Virus record (IMG/VR): IMGVR_UViG_3300025929_000014
Coordinates: 32,001 to 96,000 of that record
Strand: one strand, 5' to 3'
From: a virus
Length of the DNA stretch: 64,000 nt
Within the stretch, counting starts at the first letter, position 1; each line of letters opens with the position of its first letter. This document shows positions 37,299 through 46,245 of the stretch, in pieces. The notes beneath the pieces were generated by a model, which worked only from the letters and a program-made list of their open reading frames with translations, had not been told where the DNA came from and did not search any database. A program made the position numbers and the translations under genes.

Positions 37299-38111
37299 CT
37301 AGTTGGCGTAGGTGCCGGTATTGAGCATTAGATTTTGAGCGGCATCGGCGAGCGGGTAGGCCATCTGGAAGAAGCGCCGGAGGGGTGGCTGCTGGATGAG
37401 GGCATAGGGTTCCCCGACCAGGGTGGTGACTTCGCCAAGTGAGAGCGCTCGCTGCCAGGCATAGGCGACGCTATAGACGCCGGCTACATTCTTGGCGCTC
37501 GTTGCATTATTACCGATATGGATCTCACCCGTCGCGGCGCCGGAGAGCGTGGCACTCACGGTAATCTCCGTACGGCCGTTGAGGTACAGCGTGCCAACCC
37601 CCGCGTTATACACCACGGCTATGTTGTAGGCGGTGCCCGCCACGATAGTAGTGGTGCCTGAGCCGGTGGTATTGCTGGCGCCGATGCCGATGGATAATGT
37701 CAATACTGGACCGCTGGAATTAGTTAGCACCTGAAGAGATGTTATAGATGATGCTGGCCCAGCTGCGAAAAGCCCGGCGACATTGACATTGAAGCCGCTA
37801 TCCAGCAGCGCATGGAACATGAAAGAATAGGGGCCACTTGTAGTAAATGGCACTGACGTGGCTTTGAGCAGATTCGTGCTACCGCCAGTGATATGTGCGC
37901 CGCCGCCGATAGTGGAGCCTCCCCAGGTAGTAGAGCCACTCACACTCGCATCGTTCTTATAGCCGGAGATGTCACTGGCCCGCACCCCAGAGCCATCGTC
38001 CAGGATGCTGGCCCAGACCAGGGCGCGACTGAATGGGGAATCCCGGTCTATCTGCGATCCCCTGGGGGGCTTGTTGTAGCCCCAATGGGCGCCGGGTAGG
38101 AGCAAAGCCAT
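37299..38111 (-). CDS. LamG/concanavalin A-like lectin domain protein
   Basis: YNIAVVY...LYLNG...IGN...RALSLGEV. Confidence 0.8.
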   Translation of the reverse strand: MALLLPGAHWGYNKPPRGSQIDRDSPFSRALVWASILDDGSGVRASDISGYKNDASVSGSTTWGGSTIGGGAHITGGSTNLLKATSVPFTTSGPYSFMFHALLDSGFNVNVAGLFAAGPASSITSLQVLTNSSGPVLTLSIGIGASNTTGSGTTTIVAGTAYNIAVVYNAGVGTLYLNGRTEITVSATLSGAATGEIHIGNNATSAKNVAGVYSVAYAWQRALSLGEVTTLVGEPYALIQQPPLRRFFQMAYPLADAAQNLMLNTGTYAN

Positions 38112-38113
38112 GG

Positions 38114-38491
38114 CTAGTTAAAGGTGTCGATGGTTGCGGTGGTCACCGTGTTGGTGGTGACGCTGTTCGTGGCATCCAGATTGGTTTGCAGGCCGTGATA
38201 CTTGCCGGGCGGGAGTTTGATGGTGAATGTCTTTGTCGTACTTGCGGTACTGGGAATGATGTAGGTAGCCAGGGCGATGCTATCAACGGTTGAACCGCCC
38301 CCTACCGTCGCAAAGATATCGATCTGCAGACCGGATGTGGCAGCGATTGAGACGAAGGTGATCGCTATTTGGATCTGCCCCTCGATCTTGTTCGAGAAGT
38401 CCACATCGAAGGGGCGCGTCGCTGAAGCGAGAATGGTGGCCGACGCCAGGATATTCCCGACGGTGTTGAAGGTCATCTGCGGGGAGGCCAC
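38114..38491 (-). CDS. virion accessory protein
   Basis: GTG start at 38491; Thr-rich beta protein. Confidence 0.55.
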   Translation of the reverse strand: MASPQMTFNTVGNILASATILASATRPFDVDFSNKIEGQIQIAITFVSIAATSGLQIDIFATVGGGSTVDSIALATYIIPSTASTTKTFTIKLPPGKYHGLQTNLDATNSVTTNTVTTATIDTFN

Positions 38492-38492
38492 G

Positions 38493-38825
38493 CTAGACCC
38501 CCGCGAAGATGTTGACGGCCAGGTTGACGCCGGTGGCGATGTCGGTGTCGGTACAGTTGCGGCTATCTGGCCCTGGGTTTGGCACATTGCCCAGATACGT
38601 GGTGACCAGGGTCGGCACGTTCGCCGCACAGAAGGCGGCGATCTGGGAGGTATATTGCGAGGGGATCAGCACCCATTTGTTGACCACCGTGAGGCGCTGG
38701 GCATGATTGCTGACGGCGCCTTCGGCATCGACGGCCTGCGCCGTAATATACATCTGGGTGAGCACACGGTTCTGGAACGCCACGTCCATGCCCAGGCTCC
38801 AGGCGGATTGCAGTGTCGAAGCCAT
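38493..38825 (-). CDS. hypothetical protein (fibre-associated)
   Basis: TAATG coupling. Confidence 0.6.
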   Translation of the reverse strand: MASTLQSAWSLGMDVAFQNRVLTQMYITAQAVDAEGAVSNHAQRLTVVNKWVLIPSQYTSQIAAFCAANVPTLVTTYLGNVPNPGPDSRNCTDTDIATGVNLAVNIFAGV

Positions 38826-39907
38826 TAAAAGATCGCCGTGTAGGTGGCTTGCAGATTGGTACTGCTGTTCAGCGTCAGGGGTGCGTTGACCACATGGGCG
38901 TAGGCATTATTGGCGGCCGTCCAGGAGCCAGTGGAGGAGACGTTGATCACCCAGAGATCGGTGTAGCTGCCGGCCGTAAAGCCGCCAGCCGTCGTGAAGG
39001 TGAACTGCAGCTGTGCCTTGCGGTTGCCGACGCCTGCGCCGGCCGTGTAGGTAGCCACCAGGGCGGTGCTGATCTGGGCGCCGGTGGGGGCGGTCGTGGG
39101 ACCATCTTTGCTCGACGGGCCAGCGACCACGAAATCTCCTGACGCGTGGGCGTTGAGCGTGGTGTAGTTGGTCTGGCTGGTCGAGGAGCCGGAGAGGAAG
39201 ATCTGCGCCGCCAGGGAGGTAGTGGTGGAGCCGTTGGCGACTTCGGCGTTGGCCGTGCCAAACCCCAGGATGATGCCGGTGCCAAAGGTATTGTCGGAGC
39301 CTGGATATTTGCCGCCCGTCAGGGTGGGCACGCCGGTGGCGGCATTGCCGGTGTTCTGCAGGGTGCCATCGACGGTAGCGGCCGCCTTGAAGGTGGAGCT
39401 GGCGATGCCGGTTACCAGTGCGGCCGCGCCGCCCGAAACGACGGGGTAGCCGGTGACGGCGCCAAAGACTGAGCTGACGGTCACCGTGCCGTTGGTGGCG
39501 GCCGTTGCCGTAGCCGGCGTGATCGAGAGGTACTGGCCCAGCCAGGTGCCGCCTGCGTTCAGGTGAGCTGCGGCCGACGCGTCGCCGGTCGAGCCGAAGA
39601 ACTCGGCCAGGACGCGGTTGAGGAAGGCGTCGGTCTCCACGTTGTGGGTGATGACGCGTTTGATGACGCGCCCGGTGCGCGCGTCCACTTCGTCGAGGCG
39701 CGCGAGCCCTGCCATGCGCCCGGAACCATGTTGGAGCAGCAGGCGTCCCAGTTCATGCTCGTAGGCATCGCCTGCGCCACCGGCATGCTGATTGCTCAGT
39801 TGGTTGTGCCAGTAGCCGGGAATATGCACCAGGGTGCGTGGTCCGCCATCGGGTGCCAGGCCGGGCAGATAGAGGTTGTCGTGTTTACTCTGGTGCTGGA
39901 GTAGCAT
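38825..39907 (-). CDS. tail/fibre-associated structural protein
   Basis: Gly/Ala/Thr-rich; AGGAG RBS before ATG 39907. Confidence 0.6.
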   Translation of the reverse strand: MLLQHQSKHDNLYLPGLAPDGGPRTLVHIPGYWHNQLSNQHAGGAGDAYEHELGRLLLQHGSGRMAGLARLDEVDARTGRVIKRVITHNVETDAFLNRVLAEFFGSTGDASAAAHLNAGGTWLGQYLSITPATATAATNGTVTVSSVFGAVTGYPVVSGGAAALVTGIASSTFKAAATVDGTLQNTGNAATGVPTLTGGKYPGSDNTFGTGIILGFGTANAEVANGSTTTSLAAQIFLSGSSTSQTNYTTLNAHASGDFVVAGPSSKDGPTTAPTGAQISTALVATYTAGAGVGNRKAQLQFTFTTAGGFTAGSYTDLWVINVSSTGSWTAANNAYAHVVNAPLTLNSSTNLQATYTAIF

Positions 39908-40073
39908 CAATGATCTCCTGGGGCTGATCGCCGGCTGGAAGGGCAGGCGGGGGAACGGGGCGGGATAGGACGACAAGCGATGGATCGTTCATGGTCCAGC
40001 CCTGCTCGATAATCTGGTGCAGGGTCGGGATAGTGAGATCGCGGGCTGGAAGAACCATGTACTGGAGTTGCAT
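39885..40073 (-). CDS. small hypothetical protein
   Basis: GAGGG RBS. Confidence 0.5.
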   Translation of the reverse strand: MQLQYMVLPARDLTIPTLHQIIEQGWTMNDPSLVVLSRPVPPPALPAGDQPQEIIDATPAPE

Positions 40074-40095
40074 TGGATGGATTCCCTCTTGGTGA

Positions 40096-41421
40096 TTAGC
40101 CGGTCACTGTATAGTCAAAATTGATGGTTCCTGCAGGTACAGTGGTCCCCCAGTAGCCCCACAACTCAAACTGAGTGGTGCTTTTGTTGACGACAAAGAG
40201 CGTTCCCGGAACACCGCTAATGGCTACGCTCCACATAACCTGCACAAACGGGGCGGCACCATATGGAACAGCAAAGGTTACGCGGCAAACCTGGAGAAAG
40301 CCTGGAATTAAGCCCGATCCTGTGACAATCGAGATGGTTCCGCGCATATCATTCCCGACAGAGCCGGATGCAGAGGCACCACTGCCCATTCCAGAAAGGG
40401 CCAAGAATGTGGGGGCTGCACCGGTTGCCAACAAATGCCCGCTGGCTATCGTGAAGTTGCCGGCGACAGAAGAGCTGGCGCCTGCAGTAACACCTCCGGT
40501 AGCATTCACATTGCCGGAAGCACTGATGGTAACTACACTCAGCACTCCCGCTCCGCCGAGCGACAGCTTACTGACACCACCAACCTGCATGTCTATCAGG
40601 TTGCCGCCGAAGCCGGCTGCGGTGTTGCCCGCCAGCAGTGTCCCCGATCCCGATCCCACGAAATGGTTGCCGGAGGAGCCGTCGAAGGGGCCGGATCCCA
40701 GATTGACCACGCCGAAGGCGGCATTGGCGGCGGGCGCCACAGCCACATGCAGTGAGCTGACGGGGCTGGACGTACCGACGCCGACGCTGCCCGCGTTCTT
40801 CAGCAGCTTATTGGCCATGGCGATGTCGCCGCCCATGGTCGCGCCGCCATTCAAGGTCGCCAGACCGGTGAGCGTGGAGGCGCCGTTGTTGGTGAGGCCG
40901 TTGAGCGTGGTTGCGCCGGTGACGGCCAGCGTGGACGGAAAGGCGACAGCGCCGGCATTGCTGCCGGTGAGGTTCATGAAGCCGGAGCTTGCGGGGAGGG
41001 GATTGGTATTGGATACGTCGGTGTAGGAGCTGACGGCCGTGTTGCCGGCGTTGGTGGTGGCGTAGTAGAGCGGTATATTGGCGGTGACGGGCGGCGTCGG
41101 TGTGCCGCCATGGTTGACCGAGACTACCTGGTAGAGCCCGGTGTTGAGCAGATAGACGTACTGATCCTGGCTGGTGCCGGGACCGGCATTGAGGGGAACG
41201 GTCGTGGCTACGACGTTCAGGTAGAGCGGCGCGGCCGCGCCGGAATTGATCACCGCCTGGCAGGCCGGCTGTGTGACGGTCAGGCCGGACGCCGATGAGG
41301 CAATACCACCGGAGAGGCGATAGGTGATTGCCTGGACAAACGTATTGAGATCGGCGGCGTTGAGATTGGAGCCAGGGGTGCCGCCGACTTGATCGGTAAA
41401 GACGGGGAAGGTGGTCGTCAT
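40096..41421 (-). CDS. tail fibre
   Basis: follows baseplate genes; Gly/Ser/Thr-rich shaft and globular tip. Confidence 0.7.
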   Translation of the reverse strand: MTTTFPVFTDQVGGTPGSNLNAADLNTFVQAITYRLSGGIASSASGLTVTQPACQAVINSGAAAPLYLNVVATTVPLNAGPGTSQDQYVYLLNTGLYQVVSVNHGGTPTPPVTANIPLYYATTNAGNTAVSSYTDVSNTNPLPASSGFMNLTGSNAGAVAFPSTLAVTGATTLNGLTNNGASTLTGLATLNGGATMGGDIAMANKLLKNAGSVGVGTSSPVSSLHVAVAPAANAAFGVVNLGSGPFDGSSGNHFVGSGSGTLLAGNTAAGFGGNLIDMQVGGVSKLSLGGAGVLSVVTISASGNVNATGGVTAGASSSVAGNFTIASGHLLATGAAPTFLALSGMGSGASASGSVGNDMRGTISIVTGSGLIPGFLQVCRVTFAVPYGAAPFVQVMWSVAISGVPGTLFVVNKSTTQFELWGYWGTTVPAGTINFDYTVTG

Positions 41422-41434
41422 CTAGCTCACTTAT

Positions 41435-43291
41435 TTAGAGGAAGGTGATGTTGATCGTCGCGGGGTTGTTGTTCGGGTTGATGACGGAGTTGACCGGTGT
41501 CTGCGTGCCCAAGATAAACGCCTTGATGATCACCTGGGCCTGTGCTGGGGTCAGTCCGGGCAGGCCGGTATAGGGGTACGGGGGGATGGTGACGTTAAAC
41601 TGCTGGCTGTTGGTCTGGGCGACAATCACGCCGCCCGAACTGGCAACAGCGGGCGTCACGCCGGCTACCGGTGGGGTAATGGGGCTGGCGGCGCCGTTGA
41701 CCAGGAGGGCGATGTCGCCGGCAATATGCGGCAGGGTGCCGGAGGCGTTGCGGCTATTGATCACGCCCGCGAGGCGTGCCTGATAGGTCTGGATCTGTTC
41801 GCCGGAATACTGCGGGAGTCCGAAATCGGCGCCGTAGCCGGCCGCGTATTGATCCACCGCGCTACTTATAGTGTAACTGGCGGCGAAATCGCTCGTCAGC
41901 GTATCGGTCACCGCCCGGTGCGTCGCCAGGGCGCCCAGAATGCCGTTGAGATTCGGCCCCATCACCCAGTCTTTGCCCAGCGCGATCTTACCGATGAAGT
42001 TGGGATCCCGTTCAGGCACCCAGTAGAAGAGCCAGAGATCCCGGAACCAGGGCTGGGTGGTGGTAATGGCGGGGAAGGTGATCGTCCACTGGCAGTAGCG
42101 GCTGCGCGGGGCGTTGACCAGGCCCACATCGCCGGAGTTCACGGCCGCCACCTGGAGCGCCATATCCTGCGGCGTGAATGTGGTTACAGCGTAGGTGGTG
42201 TCCTGCGTCAGGGTTGGGACGCCCGGTGAATGGCTGGAATGGACGCCGCTGTAGTGGATAGTCTGGCTGGTGGCCAGCTGGAACTGGGCCATCGGCTGGT
42301 TATCGATCCATTCCGCCAGAAACCACTGCGTATCGGGCTCGCCGCTATCGACGACGGCAGAGGTATAGGCGCCGGCCGCCACGCCGGTGCCGGACTGCAG
42401 GGTGACGCTCTGCACGCCGACCATGGTGGAGTCGGTGATGAGGAAGGCGGTATCGCCGTTCGTGAGCGTGCCGGTGACCTTAAAGCTGATACCTGGAATG
42501 TGCGGTGCTGCCGCGCCGCCTGTAGCGCCGGATCCCGATCCGGTATAGAGCGTCCCCGTCGTGAGGCCGGTATCAACGGTCGTCTCACTACCACCTGGGA
42601 GCGTTCGCAGCAGATTGAACGTGCCGGCGCCGGTTGCCAGGATGCGCCATTTGGCCGCCAGGAAGGTGGGGTTGGCGAGGATGGTGATGTTCGGCGACCA
42701 GCCGGTGCCCACGCTGGTGCCCACCGTGTTGGTGACGCTGGAGACGGGGGAGATGGCGACGTTATACTGGCCGGAATGCACGATTTTGATGACGTGGCTC
42801 AGGCCGTCCAGGAAGAGCTGCCCCTGCGGCGTGGCCTGGTAGCAATCCAGCATCAACTGCAGGACGCCATCGACGAAGACCTGCGCCAGGGCGCCGTTGT
42901 GTAGCTCGTTGGCGACCACTACACCGGCGCCACCCGTCTGACCCGACGTAAAGCCCATGCCCGCACCGGTGATGCCGGTGAGCAGAATGGTCACCAACTG
43001 CGCCGTCGTGGTGAACTGGATCGTATCGCCTGCCTGGATGGTGTAGGCAACGGGGATCAGGTCGGCCCATTTGAGCGTGGTATAGCCGAGTCCACTCGAT
43101 TTTGTGGCGCCGCCGGAGCCGCCGAAAAGCTGATCGCCGGTGTAGACGGTGGTCGAGGTGACCGTAAAGCCCGGCGTGATCGAGGGATGCTGATACTGCG
43201 AGATGTTGACGGTGGTATCGAGGTGGCAGTTGGCGTAGACGGCACCGGGCGTGTTGTAGTCATTGGCGAACCGCCAGCGCTGCACATTCAT
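41435..43291 (-). CDS. baseplate wedge/tail protein
   Basis: follows baseplate J; C-term GADFGLPQYSGE...YQARL...GT motif. Confidence 0.6.
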   Translation of the reverse strand: MNVQRWRFANDYNTPGAVYANCHLDTTVNISQYQHPSITPGFTVTSTTVYTGDQLFGGSGGATKSSGLGYTTLKWADLIPVAYTIQAGDTIQFTTTAQLVTILLTGITGAGMGFTSGQTGGAGVVVANELHNGALAQVFVDGVLQLMLDCYQATPQGQLFLDGLSHVIKIVHSGQYNVAISPVSSVTNTVGTSVGTGWSPNITILANPTFLAAKWRILATGAGTFNLLRTLPGGSETTVDTGLTTGTLYTGSGSGATGGAAAPHIPGISFKVTGTLTNGDTAFLITDSTMVGVQSVTLQSGTGVAAGAYTSAVVDSGEPDTQWFLAEWIDNQPMAQFQLATSQTIHYSGVHSSHSPGVPTLTQDTTYAVTTFTPQDMALQVAAVNSGDVGLVNAPRSRYCQWTITFPAITTTQPWFRDLWLFYWVPERDPNFIGKIALGKDWVMGPNLNGILGALATHRAVTDTLTSDFAASYTISSAVDQYAAGYGADFGLPQYSGEQIQTYQARLAGVINSRNASGTLPHIAGDIALLVNGAASPITPPVAGVTPAVASSGGVIVAQTNSQQFNVTIPPYPYTGLPGLTPAQAQVIIKAFILGTQTPVNSVINPNNNPATINITFL

Positions 43292-44469
43292 TATGGTGTC
43301 ACCGTGACGACGCTGGTCGGGTTGCCATTCAAGCGGTAGATGGTGGTCTGGGCGACGGCGGAGCTGGCGGGGGTCGTCGAGGTCAGCGTGAAGTTCGAGA
43401 GTGAGAAGCCCAGCGCCTGCTGCACGGCCTGCCCCATCAAAAAGACGGTGGTGCCTGCGTTGTGTTTCAGGGCCTGCACGTAGCCGGCGACGGCTGCCTG
43501 GATCTGCGGATCGATGGTGGCGGGCTGCAGCGCGGACGGTCCCGCCCAGGTGACGGTGACGTTGGTCAGGTTGATGGCGTTGAAGATCTGCCCGGCGCTG
43601 CCGGCGTTGCCGATGCGCGGGGTGATGCCGGGCGGCAGGACGGCCCGCACCGCCGCGTCCACCGTTGCCGCCAGCCCGGTGAGTGTGGCGCCGGAGAGAT
43701 AGTTGGTGCTGTCGCCAGATAGTATCGAACCGCCAGAGACGCCCCCATTGGCGCCGGCTGAGTCACACCAGTAATAGTAGATGAAGCCAGATCCCGACTG
43801 GGGGTCGAAAACGTACGCATCATAGACGCCGGGTACGGCCAGAATGGCGGCCGTGATCGCCGCTGTGGTGTACTTGCTGCTAAAGGCGGCGACCGCCTTG
43901 TTGCGCAGCGATTGATCCGTATCGGCGTCGATGCCGCCTGTGGTAATGGCTGCATTGGTGACGGTGTAGGACGCGGTGCTCGATGGGTTGCTGATGACGG
44001 AGATGGCCCCTATCGCCACGTTGCCGGCGCTGCCGGGTAGGTTGGCGACAATGGCGACCGAGTTGGAGGAGGTAGCGCCGATATTGATGGTCGCTGCCGC
44101 TTGCGTCGTATAGAGCTGTGCGATGGTTGTGACGCCATCACCGACTGTCTGCACCACCGTACCGCTGGGCACGGTAATGGTCGCCGTAGCGGCCACCTGG
44201 ACGCTGAATACGACGTTGCCGGTGGCTGCCGAGCCCAGGTTGCGCGCGATGCCATAATTGGCTACCACTGCGTCCAGGTTGGCACCGGTTGCTTGCAGCA
44301 CGAAGAGGCTGGGCGTAGCCTGCTGAATCAGATACTGCGTATCGGCATCGGCGGAGAGAAACGCCTGCGCCAGGTTGAAGAGCACCGACTGGCCTCCGAC
44401 GGAAGCGGCCGGCAAGTTGGCCGTGATGCGCTGCTGGAACAGCGCGACATTATCTGCAAATGCGGGCAT
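43291..44469 (-). CDS. baseplate J-like protein
   Basis: ATGANLD...GIAR...ATG, GSAGN, TGGIDADTDQSLR, VPGV. Confidence 0.9.
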   Translation of the reverse strand: MPAFADNVALFQQRITANLPAASVGGQSVLFNLAQAFLSADADTQYLIQQATPSLFVLQATGANLDAVVANYGIARNLGSAATGNVVFSVQVAATATITVPSGTVVQTVGDGVTTIAQLYTTQAAATINIGATSSNSVAIVANLPGSAGNVAIGAISVISNPSSTASYTVTNAAITTGGIDADTDQSLRNKAVAAFSSKYTTAAITAAILAVPGVYDAYVFDPQSGSGFIYYYWCDSAGANGGVSGGSILSGDSTNYLSGATLTGLAATVDAAVRAVLPPGITPRIGNAGSAGQIFNAINLTNVTVTWAGPSALQPATIDPQIQAAVAGYVQALKHNAGTTVFLMGQAVQQALGFSLSNFTLTSTTPASSAVAQTTIYRLNGNPTSVVTVTP

Positions 44470-44470
44470 C

Positions 44471-44962
44471 TTAGCCGCCTAACGTAACGGAGAAGGGCGC
44501 GACGAGTTGTGCGGTAGTGCCGGCGCGCGAGATAACGGTAAATTGCACGAGTACCTGTCCGATGGTCAGCACGCTGCCATCGCCGATGGTGACCTGCAGG
44601 TCGGTGAAGGCTTGCACCTGCTCATCCAGGGCCAGCAGGCCCTGCGCCGCCATCTGCTGTTGGCGCACCAGGAAATAGTTCTGGGCCTGCGTGACCATGG
44701 AGACGAAGATGGATCCCACGTCGCCCGATGGGCGCCCCAATTCGGCGAAGAGCGGGTTGCCGTAGGTGGGATCGAGCGGGTTATCGCCCTGGGGGGTGAG
44801 CAGCCAGCGAACGATATCCTGGATCAGCCGGTTAATGCCGGTGACCAGCTGCAGGTCGCCGGAAGGGCCAAAGGGCGCATCGACGACCAGTTGGTTATCG
44901 GCGTTGAGGGAGAAGGAGAGCTTGAGGTCGGCGGTTGGGGTCGTGAGCGAGGGGAGCGTCAT
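44471..44962 (-). CDS. gp25/W-like baseplate wedge protein
   Basis: GDLQLVTG...LLTPQG..P.YG. Confidence 0.75.
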   Translation of the reverse strand: MTLPSLTTPTADLKLSFSLNADNQLVVDAPFGPSGDLQLVTGINRLIQDIVRWLLTPQGDNPLDPTYGNPLFAELGRPSGDVGSIFVSMVTQAQNYFLVRQQQMAAQGLLALDEQVQAFTDLQVTIGDGSVLTIGQVLVQFTVISRAGTTAQLVAPFSVTLGG

Positions 44963-46245
44963 TAGTTCACCACCCAATAATCAAACACCAGAACGGTGCC
45001 GTTGACGGGATTCATATTTGCGGACGACACGATAAAACTGCCCGTATTTTTGGTCGTCACAAAGAGACCGCCGACCGTACTGGAAGCATTACTGTTTGGC
45101 TGCAAGAAGACTCGATATGTAGTGTTGCCCTGCGATGTATTAAAATTGAGTGTGACCAGAGTGCCCGTACCAGAAGGTGCGGTGCCATAGGTCAACGAGA
45201 TAGTGCCGGCGATATCGGATCCGGTCACCGACGAGGCGATGGCACCGCCCGATCCTAAAGCGGCCCCGCGCGTGAGGGTGGGGAGAGAGGCTTGCGTGCT
45301 GGCAATGATTTTCGTCTGCACCGTCAGGCCCCCCGCCAGGACGCCGGCTCCATTGGTGTCGATGCTCCACACGGTGTCGGGTGTGCTGTTGCTGTGACTG
45401 ATGGAGGCTACACTCAACATGGTGTGGCTGTTCATCTGCAGATTGGCGCCCAGTGAGGCGCCTGCCGTCAGCGTGGCGAGTCCGGTGACGCCGATGGTGC
45501 CGGCGAGGAGGGCATTCCCGGAGCTGTCGATACTCCAGTTACCGGATCCTGCGGTCGCGCCGTCGGAGATAAAGCCCACGTTCTTGAGGTTATGAGTCTG
45601 GGCATCAAGATCGGCACCCAGGGTTGCTCCACCGGTGAGCGTGGAGAGGCCGGTGACCGTGAGCGTGCCCGTATTCGTGGTATTACCGTTGAAGGCGATG
45701 GTCGAGCTGGAGAGCGTGATCGGGCCGGCGCCTAAGCCAGTACAGGTGAGCAGGATAGGCAGTTTATGCGCGGTCAGCACGATACCCGTAGAACCGCTCG
45801 TGCCCGCAAGGGTCATGCTGGCATTGGGCGCGCCCAGGCCGCTACCGTTTGACGAGAGGGTCCACCCAGGCACTGCCGGATCGTAGTACAGCTGGGGGAG
45901 GCCCACATGGGAAAAGTCCTGGAGCAGGACGGAGACGCCGGTATTGAGCAGTTGAGCGGCAATGCGCCCATCATGGTGATAGATACCGCTCTCGCCGGTA
46001 TTCAGCGTGGGCAGGAGATTTGGCGTATCGGTGGTGGAGATCGTCTGCTGCGGAAAGGGATTCATGGCGCTCTCGTAGAGCGTGAGCACCTGATCGCCAA
46101 TCTGCGGGACGGAATGGAAGCCGGAACTGACGCCACCCAGGAACACCCTGGGCACAGGCGGGCCGCCCACGCCCGACTCCGTATAGGTAAGCGCGAGCTG
46201 GCCTGTGGTGTGAGCCTGGACGGTGCCTTTACGCGCGAGACTCAT
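44962..46245 (-). CDS. baseplate spike (gpV-like) with fibre-like extension
   Basis: N-term PQIGDQVL OB motif; position between hub and wedge. Confidence 0.65.
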   Translation of the reverse strand: MSLARKGTVQAHTTGQLALTYTESGVGGPPVPRVFLGGVSSGFHSVPQIGDQVLTLYESAMNPFPQQTISTTDTPNLLPTLNTGESGIYHHDGRIAAQLLNTGVSVLLQDFSHVGLPQLYYDPAVPGWTLSSNGSGLGAPNASMTLAGTSGSTGIVLTAHKLPILLTCTGLGAGPITLSSSTIAFNGNTTNTGTLTVTGLSTLTGGATLGADLDAQTHNLKNVGFISDGATAGSGNWSIDSSGNALLAGTIGVTGLATLTAGASLGANLQMNSHTMLSVASISHSNSTPDTVWSIDTNGAGVLAGGLTVQTKIIASTQASLPTLTRGAALGSGGAIASSVTGSDIAGTISLTYGTAPSGTGTLVTLNFNTSQGNTTYRVFLQPNSNASSTVGGLFVTTKNTGSFIVSSANMNPVNGTVLVFDYWVVN

